Shown here: positions 28,551 through 41,749 of the stretch, piece by piece
How positions within the stretch are numbered: the stretch's first letter is position 1
Layout of the letters: every line of letters starts with the position of its first letter
NCBI GenBank assembly: GCA_964016885.1
Contig: OZ024742.1
Location: 39,618,001 to 39,682,000 of the forward strand
From: Eledone cirrhosa
Lineage: Eukaryota
Reading direction: 5' to 3'
DNA length: 64,000 nucleotides
Made by a program: the position numbers and the translations under genes
The notes under the pieces: model-generated
Told to the model about the DNA's origin: nothing
The model's database searches: none
Seen by the model: only the letters and a program-made list of their open reading frames with translations

Positions 28551-28605
28551 ACTGCCTGAAGAGGTCACAGCCAAAGATGGCTGACACCGAAATATATATA
28601 GCAGT
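28551..28605 (+). ncRNA. Canonical type I hammerhead in a (TA)n-flanked PLE fragment (28452-28760)
   Basis: ACTGC-CTGAAGA-GGTcaCAGCCA aaga TGGCTGacACC-GAAA-TATATA-TA-GCAGT. Perfect stem I, G-C closing pair, palindromic stem III. Confidence 0.88.
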
Positions 28606-28763
28606 AATAAACGAAGCCAAATTTTAAACATTTGACTTATTTATTTTATTTTATTTTACATTACTCCGGAGTAACTAAACCAACCTGCGCACTTCGTCGA
28701 GTGCTCCATTCTGCACACTGAGGTGTCGGTAAACAACCAACATATACTAAAACAATATATATA

Positions 28764-30058
28764 TTAGCAGCTGAGCCCGGTTGCACCCGGGGCCACTTTT
28801 TATTAAGTTAATAATTTGAAAAATATTATTGAAAGTTTATTATAAAGAAGCAGTTTCAGGAAAAAAAATTGAAATATGCACTTGGGGCTGGACGGCGTAC
28901 AATGATAAGTGGGGCGACGTGAAAGGCGTTGTTTATTAACAGCGAAATAGCAATGTCGATTATATGCAAGTTTAAAAATGCATATTATGAAGGTTTGTAT
29001 GATAGTTTACACTTTGATTCCTCTGGTCAGCAAAAGGGGCCTCTATATATTAGACGTTTATTAGAAGAGAGGGAAATAAATAACCCCAGTATTAGAACAG
29101 GGGGTTCGCAATGTAGGGGTTTATTTCTTTTGTTAGAAAACAGTGACCTTTTTCGGTTTGGCATTTCGTAAAATTCTACTGCAGAATCGATTTCAAAGAA
29201 CGGTACTGTATGATTGTTATAGAAGTATTTAAATTTAATATAGAGCAACTGTAATTGAAAAATGAAAATGAAACGTACTCTAGAAGGCAACATTTTATTA
29301 ACAGCGAAATAACGTCGTCTTTGATATGTTATTTTAAATAAGACAATGAATATTTAAAAAAAAACTGAATTAATTAACTCGGCAACCAAAGGGCTTATAG
29401 ATCCCATTCATTAAGTACATAAAACGGTACTGTATGATCGTTATAGAAGTATTTAAATTTAATATAGAGCAACTGTAATTGAAAATAAAAACTTTAAACT
29501 TTTCATTTGACTTTGAAAAATACTACTTACTGTTAGTGGTGGTTAACATGTATTAGAAATAAAATGAAAATGATATCGGAAAAAACGTACTTGAGAACAT
29601 GACTCCCTTCTTCGCAATTTAAGGGTTTTATTTCTTTTGATGGAAAACAGTGACCGTTTTCGATTTGGCATTTCGTAAAATGGTACTGCAGAATTGATTT
29701 CATAAAACGGTACTGTATGTTAACAGCGAAAGAACGCTGCGAAAGAACGCTGCGAAAGAACGCAGCGAAAGAAATGTATGAGTTTAAAAATTTGTATGAA
29801 ATTGTAAATAAGACAATGAATGTTGAAAGTATATTAGAACAGGGGGAAATAACTCACCGAACGCGATAGTAAATAGACCGTTTTGGGGCCCCGGGGGCCA
29901 CATTTTTCAAGTTAGAGATTTGAAATTTCCTCTATTTGCTTCCTTGGCACTTTTTACATAGGTATGTAAATTTCCATGTCCATCCGACCACGTCTACTAC
30001 CATTCAACCGTGCACAACTGAATTTCAACCACCACCCATTTCACAAATATATATTAGA
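28764..30058 (-). mobile_element. Non-autonomous Helitron
   Basis: The minus strand starts A|TC (30058) and ends with hairpin CCCGG..CCGGG then CTAA|T (28764). Internal direct repeats and a 13-bp GCGAAAGAACGCT array. Confidence 0.7.
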
Positions 30059-30148
30059 TATGTAAAAGGTAAACAGAAATAACAACACAATCGGTACAAT
30101 ATATGGAAGGTATATATTAGGTTAACGCTTGATATAGCAGGAAGAGGG

Positions 30149-30184
30149 TCTTAACGTTTCGGACGCTAGTCCTTCATCAGAAGA
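30149..30184 (-). ncRNA. Minimal PLE-type hammerhead
   Basis: TCTT-CTGATGA-a-GGAC tagc GTCC-GAAA-CG-TT-AAGA, with palindromic ACGT stem III. Confidence 0.8.
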
Positions 30185-30347
30185 AAGAAAGAGAAATGAA
30201 ATAGATTGAGGAGACGGGCGGGTTGGAATTGGAAAAAAATGTCTTTAGATAAAAAAAAAAACAGCTCCATTCATGTTGACATACATATATACATATATAT
30301 ATAGGGTGGACCAAAGGTCACTTCTTACCTATTTTTATTAATAAAAC

Positions 30348-30402
<55 letters not shown>

Positions 30403-30414
30403 CATACATATATA

Positions 30415-30615
30415 TAGGGTGGACCAAAGGTCACTTCTTACCTATTTTTATGTATAAAACATTACAAATTAACTCAAAACTAATTGGCCTTGGAGGGTGT
30501 ATTTTTCCATAAATGGATCTTGCGTTTATTGAACTTTAATCCGAAAATATATATATGTTAATAATAAAAAAATTATGAAATATTTTAAATAGAAAGTGAC
30601 TTTTGGCCCACCCTG
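30415..30615. mobile_element. Tc1/mariner-type MITE
   Basis: TIRs AGGGTGGACCAAAGGTCACTT / AAGTGACTTTTGGCCCACCCTG-TA. The left end is also present at 28397 and 30303. Confidence 0.8.
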
Positions 30616-30618
30616 TAC

Positions 30619-30992
<374 letters not shown>

Positions 30993-31002
30993 TGGTTTGA
31001 AG

Positions 31003-31623
31003 CAGCGGTTCCCAACCTTTTATAATAAATTCCACCTTAATAATATAGCAAAAAAAAAATTTGAGATCATTTTTTTACATAGAAATAATTTCGGCATGTA
31101 TTTTTATTTCAATCAAATCATTTTAAATTTATTATAAACCCTTTTTCAACAAAAAACATTAAAATAAGAATATATTATTTAATTTCAAAGAACAAATTAA
31201 TGAGATTTCTGTAATTATTTGTTTTCTATATCCAGTTTTAAATGATAAATTTACTAAAATAAATAATGAAAAGTACTTCAAAATAGTCAAAGTAATTTTG
31301 TCAATGAGAAATTTACTAAAATAAATAACATATATCCTGTTATAAAAATAAGTTTCTTTACTAAGTTTATTTACTAAAACATAAATTGTTATATCCAGAT
31401 TTAAATAATTATCAAGTGAAGTAAAATTATAATTAGAAAAGGTAGAAAGTTGATAAAAAGTTGAATATAAAAATGTGAAGCAAGAAAAAGAAAAAAATAT
31501 GTTAGGAAACTACTCTTCTTTTTTATCTATGAAATTTTGTGGTTTTTAGTTAATTCCCGTGGCTCGCCCAATAACTTGCTATGGCCCACTGGTGGGCCAT
31601 GGCCCCTTGGTTGGGAACCAATG
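31003..31623. mobile_element. hAT (Charlie-like) MITE
   Basis: TIRs CAGCGGTTCCCAACC / GGTTGGGAACCAATG, with 8-bp TSD GTTTGAAG / GTTTAAAG. Confidence 0.88.
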
Positions 31624-31628
31624 GTTTA

Positions 31629-32010
31629 AAGGAATATTGGTGGAACCTAAACATAAAAACTACCAAAGAATTTAAACAAAATCGACCTAATATTGTTGTT
31701 CGGGACCACAGATTGGAAACGTGCTCTGTTGTAGAGGTCAGTGGGTCACTCGATGTTAACGAAGTAAGAAAAATGCCTGCGAAGGAGGATTTCTACAGCC
31801 CATTGATGAGGAGTTTGCGGATCTTGTTTGTGGACCCAAAATAAACGTTCAGCTTCATACCAATTATTACCGGTGATACCTAATATATACGAATTCGCTG
31901 GACCAAAGTGTGATTGAACTGGGATTCATGGAGAAAAGACGCAGCACTTTAAGTTATAAACTACAAACGGCTGCGATAATTGGAACTTTCGAAATTTGCA
32001 AAACATTAAG
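31629..32010 (+). pseudogene. 3' end of an RLE-type (R4/NeSL-like) non-LTR retrotransposon endonuclease
   Basis: YWWNLNIKT..NRPNIVVRD..VVEVS..D.N..K..Y..L..FIPIITG..LQTAAIIGT, a degenerate RPD..D/E-K restriction-like domain with stops and frameshifts. Confidence 0.75.
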
Positions 32011-32231
32011 ATTTAAAAGTGAACAATTGCACAAGTTCCCTTTCTTTACAACCTTTCTGCCCGGAATATGGTACAAGGAACTAGGCCAACAATTTGTGGT
32101 GAGAGAAAAGTCGATTATACCGACCTCAGTACTTTACTGGTACTTTATTTTATCGAGCGAGCCCGAAAGAATGAAAGGCAGCGGGATTTGACCTCAGAAT
32201 GTAATGAGCGGGAATCATTCTGATAATGATA

Positions 32232-32421
32232 ATTGTTTCTACTTTTGGCACAAGGCCAGCAATTATCCCAGTGCATTACTGGTACTTTATTTTATCGACC
32301 CCGTAAGGATGAAAGGCAAAGTTAACCTCGGCGGGATTTCAACTCAGACCATAAAGGGCCGTAACTCTTTGCTGCAAAGCATGGCGCCCGACCCTCTACC
32401 GATACTGCCAATCCACCGCCA
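32232..32421 (-). mobile_element. SINE family A
   Basis: Reverse complement of the 27410-27590 consensus, with an adjacent partial copy at ~32085-32200. Confidence 0.85.
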
Positions 32422-32830
32422 TTTTGATAATGATAATAATAGTAAGAGACAGGAAATAAATCGGATAAGCAAATAGCTTAGCCAGCTAGATATTAACAGA
32501 GATGAAACGAAACAGAACATAAAGAAATAACAGAGTGGGTGGTTCTTAGACATGCATATGTGTGTGTATATGTGATTGTATGATGTACGTGTGTACACAC
32601 ACACTCATATCTCTCTCTCTCTCTATATATATATATATGAGTGTGTGTGTACATATATATATATATATATATAGATAGATATATAGGTATATATATATAT
32701 ATATATATATATACCTATATATACATATATACATATATACACATATATATATATAAATACATATATACATATATATATATATAAATACATATATACATAT
32801 ATATATATATAAATAAATATATACATATAT

Positions 32831-32903
<73 letters not shown>

Positions 32904-33168
32904 TATATATAAATATATATAAACACTCACACATATATATGATGGTGTGTGGTTGGCTGTAAAAGTATGTGTACATGAGGATATGAAGCTTCGTGTGATG
33001 TGTACAATGTCAGGTTTGCAGTGAACTGTGGTTCCTGTCATGGCGTTTCGCCCTCTACCCAAGCGTGACAATATCCAGGAAAAACCCCCATTTTCAATGT
33101 GTACGTTGTGTCGCTCTGTAGTTGCTATAAAGACGATAGACACTACGTCGCTTGCATGAATGCGAATA

Positions 33169-33238
<70 letters not shown>

Positions 33239-33363
33239 CGCGCGTATGTGTGTGTGTGTGTGTGCGTGCGCGCGTATGTGTGTGTGTGTGTATGCGCTTA
33301 TGTATGCATGCCTAATTCTATATATAATAATAAAACATTTATTTCTTCCGTTTGTTTACCCAA

Positions 33364-33428
<65 letters not shown>

Positions 33429-33594
33429 ACTGTGTATATATATATATATGGGATGAAGAAAAAGAAGATCCTTTAAATCTTGATAGAGTCACAGGGGCGC
33501 CGTTCTGACACAGCGTGTCAGAGCATCTTTAAAACGCGGCGGTTCTTTCAGAGACAGTAAGATATATATATATATATATACATATATCTTACTG

Positions 33595-33654
<60 letters not shown>

Positions 33655-33670
<16 letters not shown>

Positions 33671-33994
33671 CCGAGAGAAAGGGTGAGTGAGAGAGAGAGA
33701 GAAGCCGAGAGAAAGGGTGAGTGAGAGAGAGAAGCCAAGAGAAAGAGTGTGTGTGAGAGAGGAGCCAAGAGAAAGGGTGTGTGTGAGAGAGAGACCGAGA
33801 GAAAGTGTGTGTGTGAGAGAGAAGCCAAGAGAAAGGGTGTGTGTGCGTGAGAGAGAGAGAGTGTGTGTGAGTGAGAGAGAGAAGCCGAGAGAAAGTGTGT
33901 GTGAGAGAGAGAAGCCAAGAGAAAGGGTGTGTGTGCGTGAGAGAGAGAGAGTGTGTGTGAGTGAGAGAGAGAAGCCGAGAGAAAGGGTGTGTGT

Positions 33995-34049
<55 letters not shown>

Positions 34050-34144
34050 TGTGTGAGAGTGAGAGAGAGAAGCCGAGAGAAAGGGTGTGTGTGCGTGAGA
34101 GAGAGAGAGTGTGTGTGAGTGAGAGAGAGAAGCCGAGAGAAAGG

Positions 34145-34175
<31 letters not shown>

Positions 34176-34214
34176 TGTGTGTGTGTGAGTGAGAGAGAGA
34201 AGCCGAGAGAAAGG

Positions 34215-34259
<45 letters not shown>

Positions 34260-34680
34260 TGTGTGTGTGAGTGAGAGAGAGAAGCCGAGAGAAAGGGTGT
34301 GTGTGTGTGTGAGAGAGAGAGAGAGAAAGTGTAAGTGAGAGAGACCGAGAGGAAGTATGAGTGAGAGAGAGAAGCCGAGAGAAAGGGTGAGAGAGAGAGA
34401 GAGAGAAAGTATGATGAGAGAGAGAAGCTGAGAGAAAGGGTGAGAGAGAGAGAGAAAGTGTGAGTGAGAGAGAGAAGCCGAGAGAAAGGGTGAGAGAGAG
34501 AGAGAGAGAAAGTATGAGTGAGAGAGAGAAGGCGAGAGAAAGGGTGAGAGAGAGAGAGAGAAAGTGTGAGTGAGAGAGAGACGCCGGGAGAAAGGGTGAG
34601 AGAGAGAGAGAGAAAGTGTGAGTGAGAGAGAGAAGCCGAGAGAAAGGGTGAGAGAGAGAGAGAAAGAAAGAGAAAGTGTG
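33655..34680. repeat. GA/GT-rich minisatellite (GAGAAGCCGAGAGAAAGGGTG core)
   Basis: Core repeated about 20 times with variable (GA)n/(GT)n. Confidence 0.9.
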
Positions 34681-35713
34681 TGCCAGTGAGAGGAGCACGT
34701 GATAAATAAAGACAGAGGAACAACGAAAGACCAGTTGTGAACTGCTATTTAATCTAGCGACCTGGAGAGAGTGAAGGTAAAGTTGACCTCGGTCGAGTGT
34801 GAACTCAGAACGCTGTGAGCCGGAACAAAATACCGAAACATATTTTATCCGAAGCCGTAATGATTCTGCCGATTCACCGAATGTCGTCAGTCGTACGATA
34901 TAATGCTGAGATTTAGAATCATATTAGCGGGATTTAAGAAAAATAATTTAAAATCATGATTTTACTGTAATTTCTTTAAAAAAAATAATATTAATAAATT
35001 GTCTCATTTTTAATTCGGCCCACTCAATATATCTTGGCGCTAAAAAGGAGATTATGGGAAAAGTTTGGGTTATTTCTAGTTTGCAGATGAATTTACTTAT
35101 TTAAGACTTTGAAATTTACTTATTTACATTAAGGTAGTAGAAGCTTAGCGTATTTAAGAGAGATTCCAAAAATGTGTGTGTGTGTGGGGGGGGGGGCTTA
35201 GTTTGCTTTGGAAAGCGTATGGCTTGGAATCTAATTTAATCTTAATTATTATTTATTTACTTTGAGATCGAAGTAAATTTACTAAATTTACCTTGAAGTA
35301 GTATTTTTTTAATAAAAAAGAAAAGAATGTGTAATTTTACATTGCAACGGTAGAAATTGAACCTGTTTTCACTGAAGTTTTAATTAAAGGGTGATCTCTA
35401 CTACTGCCTGATGTGACCTACTTGGGGGAAATTTAGCTTTGTTTAAAGGTAATAGAAAATTCTAAAAGCCTTTGTTCGTCTTTTAGTTTGACTGATAATT
35501 TACCGGAGGGCATCAACTAGTGATTACTTTCTTTGGGTTAGCCTGAAGGATGGTCGCTTTCTTAGGAACAATCAAAATAGGTAAGTCGTGATTTCGTTAA
35601 TTTATTTTGCGAGATTACGTGGTTGAACTTTTTATAAAGAAGGTTTGTACGTGTATATATATATATATATCTTCAGTGTTACACAATGGCGCAAGAGAAT
35701 CAGCCAAAATAAC

Positions 35714-35928
35714 GATTTCTTGTATAGGCACAAGGCTAGTAATTTTGGGGAGGGGAAAGTCGATTAATTCGACCCCAGTACGTTACTGGTGCTTTATTTT
35801 ATCGACCCCGAAAGGATGACAGGCAAAGTTAACCTCGGCGGCATTTGAATTCAGACCGTAAAGATCCGTAACTCTATGTTGCAAAGCATAGTGTCCGACT
35901 CTCTACCAATACTGCCAATTCACCGCCC
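35714..35928 (-). mobile_element. SINE family A (long variant)
   Basis: Full head and body on the minus strand. Confidence 0.85.
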
Positions 35929-36543
35929 TAGTATCAGCTAACATAACACCCACGAATCATATTGAGAAGAACAATACATGCAGGCTTGGGGATAAGATAA
36001 ATTATGTTTCCCTATTCTGAAATATTTGTAAATTGAAAGTTATCCCTATAACATACTTCAAAGTTGCTATACTCTAATAGATCCAAATGGTATAACATGG
36101 TATAACATATGTCTCACTGAACTACACAATATTCTAATGTAATATAGCATTACATAAAAAAAGTATAAATAATATAACGATGAATAACTCTTTAAAAAAC
36201 ACCCTCCATTTACAGACTGGATAACCTCACAACTTCGCTGTACAGGAAGTAGCAAAAGCTAAGTATCACAAAATGGTGTGTTTCCTGGGAGCCATGAAAT
36301 ATTCAGTTCTCCTAGCAAATATTAACTCCTTACAACTTTTAAGTGAGAGTGCAATGAAATACTGCTCCTAAATCTGGAACAGCGCTGCTTGCATAGTGGG
36401 TTTAAGAGAGTCTCCTTCGTCTTATTCAGTTTAGCAAACCATTTCCAAGTGTGTGGGCTTTCGAGACAGAACATTAGAAAATCTCTCAGAATAGCGAGAT
36501 AGTTTTTCAATCTGCCTGTTGCTCCCGGAGAATCGTGTGTGTG

Positions 36544-36575
<32 letters not shown>

Positions 36576-36927
36576 TGCGTGTGTTACACGCCTATCTTCT
36601 ATGAACAAGTTCATTTCGTTTAAGTCATTAAGGAAAATTTAGAAAAGAAACAAAACTAAACAGAGTTTGCCCCATCCTAACTTTATTTTATTTTCTGGTC
36701 GTGTATCTAAATAAACAAATTAACGTAGCACTAACTGGTTCTTCTCTTTAGAGCTAGAAAATACTTAATTCCGCTGCAACTACTAAGATTTACAACGTGA
36801 GAGAAGGCCAGAGATCATGTTTCAAAGCCTCACCTCATTCTTTTACGTAGTCAAATCAAACTCGATGGAAGCGCGGATACCTTGAAGTATCGAAAGAGTT
36901 TATCACCAGCTTCGAATAAATAATCAA

Positions 36928-36970
<43 letters not shown>

Positions 36971-36990
36971 ACAGACACACACACACACGC

Positions 36991-37052
<62 letters not shown>

Positions 37053-37084
37053 CTTGTTAAACTTCAGTCGGTCCCAACATGTAT

Positions 37085-37290
37085 TCCACTCGTTTGATCA
37101 ACAGAACAACCTGCTCATGAAATCAACCTAAAAGTGGCTAAGCATTCCACAAACACATGTTATCTTAACACAACTTTTATCGAGATGCTGATTGACAGAG
37201 CGTGTGACATTATTCGCCCTTTGAATTACAGGTATGACTCATTTTTATGAGCTGAGTGGGCTTGAGCAAAGTAAAATAGAGTGTTTTGTT
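37085..37290 (-). mobile_element. SINE family B
   Basis: Reverse similarity to 9292-9590, interrupted by the MITE at 37294. Confidence 0.6.
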
Positions 37291-37293
37291 TAA

Positions 37294-37513
37294 CACTTTA
37301 GCATTTAAACCGGCCGTATCCGGCCAGAATTCTCTCACCTCTTTCTGTTCAAACCGGCTGTAACTGGCTACTCATACTTATATTAAGGTATTGTTCTCAA
37401 AATAAATAACATTAAAATCTCATAGATTCGATATTATGTGAGATAATTATGTGAGGTAAAGTTTTACTGTGAAAATATAATAGTAAATATAGAGTAATGT
37501 AAATGCTAAAGGG
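37294..37513. mobile_element. piggyBac-like MITE
   Basis: TTAA-CACTTTAGCATTTA ... TAAATGCTAAAGGG-TT. Confidence 0.7.
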
Positions 37514-37903
37514 TTCGAATTCACGATCTTACGACCGTACCTTCACGCATATAAACATGTGTTTAATAAAAGTCTGTTCGGCCAGAATTGACTAATTTTT
37601 CTCTAGGAACATTACTTGGTTGTGTTTAAGAGAATTTTCTTCATTATATTCAATTTGTGAGTGTTGCAGACAGATAAGAAGAAAACTCTGGAACAACGTG
37701 ATGGTTTTTTTAATCATTTTTCTGATCTGAGCAAGTTTTTTTCGTTTAAGCTGTTAATGACCATTTAGCAAAAGCAAAATTTCATTAACCACCCCCCTAC
37801 CCCATCATTCCAATTTTATTTTATATTTTGGGCCTGTGTCTAAATAAGAAATGAATGTGACACATACTACCTTTTACTTCTCTTTAGAGCAAGAAAATAA
37901 TTA

Positions 37904-38072
37904 CCGTATTTCCCGGCGTCGAAGACGCTACTTTTTCCCTAAAATAAGTCTCAAAAATCTACCATGCGTCCTGGAGGCCGAAGGTTATTTATTATTTTTT
38001 TTCCAAATTTTTGGTTGTCGAAATTAGGGTGCGTCCTCGAGGACGAAGCGTCTTCGGCGCCGAGAAATACGG
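37904..38072. mobile_element. pogo/Tigger-like MITE
   Basis: TA-CCGTATTTCCCGGCGTCGAAGACGC ... GCGTCTTCGGCGCCGAGAAATACGG-TA. Confidence 0.88.
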
Positions 38073-39024
38073 TAATTCCCCATTTACTAGCCTATTACAT
38101 TGTTCAGGTGAGACCCTCAATGAGGCAATCCTAAATCTAGGACGGCTGCATGTTGGCTTCAAGAAGTTCTCCGCCGTTTTATTCATTTAGCACACGGAGT
38201 TTGTGAGTGTCCCAGACCGAACACGAGGGAAAAAAACTCTTAAAACAGCGAGATGGTTTTTAATTCTTTTACTAACCCTTTACAACGCTCAGCTGGGACC
38301 CACAGTGCAGTACTGCTCTTAAATCAGGGTTTAAGTGAGTTTACTTCGTTTTATTCAATTAAACCTCTTTCTGGTCTGAACAAGTTCATTTCACTTAGGT
38401 TGTTAATGGCCATTCAGAAAAAAAAAAGAAAGTTTCATTAGCCCCTCCCACTTCTACTCATTCACCATCCCAATTTTATTTTATTTTTTCTGACTTTGTG
38501 TCTAAATAAGAAATTAATTATCTCCCCACAGAGCTCGGAGACCACAGACACCTTAACTTCCGGCTACTCTCCATTAAGATAAATAGATACAGCCAACAAA
38601 ATAAAATAAGATAAAAATAAAATAGCAAGTTTCATAAAGCGTACATCCGGGCTCTAGTGGGTAATATATGTTGTTGACAGTTTTCTTCTCTCAACTTTGA
38701 AGGAAAGGCTGGTTTCCCTTATTTCCTCAGTGACGTGGTAACAGCATATATGTAAGATGGAAACTCGGCTTAGGAGACTTGTTTTCTTTCGTCTATTTTT
38801 TGCTTGTTTCATTTCCCCCATGTCAGTTTTGATTATTTCTCTGTTCCTCTCTATCTCTCAATTTTTATTTTTATCTTCTTTGTTTGTATGTATGTAATGT
38901 AAAAAAACACACACACGCAACACAACAACAACATCAACTGCCACCACCATCAACCGCCGCCACCACCACCATCACCATCACCAACGATCGGACCTTAAGA
39001 AAACAACAACTTTAATAATAATAA

Positions 39025-39473
39025 TTTTCCTGCTTTTGGCACGGAGCCAGCGATTGTCCCAGCGCATTACTGGTGCTCTCTTTGTTGACTCAGTGGGGAT
39101 GAAAGGCAAGGTTGACCTCGGCGGAATTTGAGCTCGGAGCGTGAAAGGCCATAGCTCTATGCTGTAAAGCAATTATAATAATTGTTTCTACTTTTGGCAC
39201 AAGGCCAGCAATTACCCAGTGCATTACTGGTACTTTGTTTTATCGACCCCGTAAGGATGAAAGGCAAAGTTAACCTCGGCGAGATTTGAACTCAGAATGG
39301 CAAGGGCCGTAACTCTATGCGTCAAAGCATGGCGTCCGACCCTCTACCGATACTGCCAATCTACCATAATAAATGTTTCTACTTTTGGCGCAAGGCCAGC
39401 ATTACCCAGTACATTACTGCTACATTATTTTATCGACCCCGTAAGGATAAAAGGCAAAGTTAACCTCGGCGGG
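39025..39473 (-). mobile_element. Three tandem SINE family A copies
   Basis: TTTTGGC.C..GGCCAGC...GGATGAAAGGCAA.GTT.ACCTCGGCG-like segments occur three times head-to-tail. Confidence 0.85.
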
Positions 39474-39581
39474 CTACCATAATAATACTGAACAGTAACA
39501 CAAACGGCTTCAATTATACGAACTCTTTCGAAAGTCAACAGTTGACATAATCCTGTATCAGTAATAACGGTAATATATATA

Positions 39582-39648
<67 letters not shown>

Positions 39649-39819
39649 ATAGAAGTTAATATACCCAAGGATATATAGGTTGTCTATGATTCAAGGTTGT
39701 TCAATGGTATTAATTTGACATACCAGAACTATAATATTAAGATAAGCAGAACAAGCAAAATTCAACCAATTGTTTAAAATAAATTAAAAAATATAATTTA
39801 AATATTTACCTATCCTTTT

Positions 39820-39903
39820 CGCCCTGACCGATCGGTTTCGCTTTGTAAAACACGAGAAATCCAATGGATTTCTAATGGAAAATCAAAGTTCATCAGAGAA
39901 GCA
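39820..39903 (-). ncRNA. Type I hammerhead (GUC)
   Basis: TGCTTCT-CTGATGA-a-CTTTG..AGAAATCCAtTGGATTTCT..CAAAG-c-GAAA-CCGATCGG-TC-AGGGCG. Confidence 0.75.
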
Positions 39904-39974
39904 TTTTTCTGTGCTAGCTGGCGGATGGCGATATATTTTATCGTTCCTGGGTCTTTAGCCCTAGGAAAGAAAAA

Positions 39975-40057
39975 TGCTTCTCTGATGAACTTTGATTTTC
40001 ATTAGAAAACCATTGGATTTCTGGTGTTTTACAAAGAGAAACCGATCGGTCAGGGCG
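39975..40057 (+). ncRNA. Type I hammerhead (inverted copy)
   Basis: CTGATGA at 39982, GAAA at 40038, ACCGATCGGT palindrome, GUC triplet. Confidence 0.72.
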
Positions 40058-40136
40058 AAAAGGATAGGTCAATATTTAAATTATATTTTTTAATTTATTT
40101 TAAAAAATTGGTTGAATTTTGCTTGTTCTGCTTATC

Positions 40137-40220
<84 letters not shown>

Positions 40221-40329
40221 TTTGTATGCATGAGTGTTGGTGTGTGCGCGCGTATGTATGTGTGCATGTGTGTATGTCGTACGTATGAGTGTCAATAAGT
40301 GAGTTTTTTATGCGCGGGGACATAGAAAT

Positions 40330-40585
40330 AGTCGGGCTGGATACTCGATCGCGCAGTTAAACCACTGGGAGTGAAGGACCCCTAGCCCTTGTCAGGGCAT
40401 TCTGCTAGGAGAAGGCATCTCAGGAAACTGTGTTAACTCTGACATAAAACCTGCGGCTCAGTAGTTACCGATGATGTTGATCTTTTCTTCTTTTCGAGTT
40501 ATAGCTACTGTCGCTCAGAGAGTGGGATTGGCTCAGTGCACAGTCTTTCCTCACTTTAAAAATATTCTTCACGCACAGTGACGGT
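40330..40585 (+). mobile_element. RTE-related interspersed repeat, truncated by the LINE at 40586
   Basis: Similar to 22273-22640 and 45710-45855. Confidence 0.55.
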
Positions 40586-41685
40586 GAACAGGTGTGCTCG
40601 CCGTTTGCCATGCACATTTTCCCACGGCTCGTCTCCTTGACGGAGCTGCAGTCCTGGGTCAGGAAAAGACCGAGGGATAACGCTTGGAAACTGGAATGTC
40701 TCCAGGCGCTCACTTCCCTCTGCCAGCTGGGCACCAGTATCGGTGGAACATCCACCTCGGCGTTCTATAGAGGACTAGTGGAGGGGAAGAGCGACGACGT
40801 TCTCGGAGAGATCCTGGGCGTCAAAGAAGATCAGTTGTTTGCTCTCTTCCGGAGAACTTTCAGCCCAGCACCTATGGATAACTTCCCAAAATCCCTGGCC
40901 TGGCAGTGCTACCGCGGAGCGTTGCCGGTTCGAGATAAGCTCAACAGGCACGGAAGTACTGTCAGCCGAGCCTGTCCGTGATGCGCGCAGAGCGACGAAA
41001 CCGTCGTGCACGCACTCGTACAGTACCTGAGCATTGCTGACTTGTGGAGCTATGTCGAACAGTTGCTGCCGCGTGTAGGACTGATCCGGTTATCGACTGA
41101 GTCCATTGTGCAGATGGTCTTGCCGTCTTCCTTCGAGGAGGAAGGGCAGGCGGTTTTCATCTGTCTGGTGGCCATGGCGAAAGAGATTGTGTGGTGGACA
41201 AAGTTGAAAGAGTTAAAGACAGATACTTTCCTCTTCGGCAAATCCCTGATTAACTTTTTCAAGTTTCACTTGAAGAGGAAAATCAGGGTGGAGAGGCAAG
41301 TGCTGCCTTCTAGCAAGTTTGTTGAAAGGTGGGTGAATGTAGCGAGAATGGTCCGAGTGAACGGAACCACTCTGAATATACGCCTGTAGTTTGAGAAATG
41401 GAAAAATTGAGAGAGGGCGCTTGCCCTGGTGGTCAGGATGGCCGTGGTCTTTTGTGTGGTTTTCGCCACGAGTAACTCTCGGGGGTTTCCCCCTTATTGG
41501 GGAATTTTTCATTGTTTCAATTTTCCTTTTTATTGTTTATATATATATATATGTTTCCATGTCTTTTTTTTCTTTTCTTATATAAATAATAAAAAATATT
41601 TACACGCACAAAACCCACATCGTAGCGTCCTGTACCGTCTGTAATGTTTTTCTTGATGTCAGCCCTTGTGGCCAATAAATAAATC
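40586..41685 (+). mobile_element. 5'-truncated L1/Tx1-clade LINE (ORF2 C-terminus with zf-RVT CCHC, 3' UTR)
   Basis: LAW..YRGALPVRDKL.R.G......CP*C...DETVVHAL.....ADLW (internal stop), followed by a 3' UTR ending AATAAATAAA. Confidence 0.85.
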
Positions 41686-41749
41686 ATTATTAATAGTGTG
41701 TTATTATTATTATTATTATTGTTACTATTATTATTGCTTTTTTTCCCAA

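Larger units (their letters stand above)
39650..40143 (-). mobile_element. (TA)n-flanked PLE pLTR with ~177-bp inverted arms
   Basis: Arms 39734-39910 and 39968-40143 with a 57-bp spacer, and an HHR in each arm. Confidence 0.8.
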
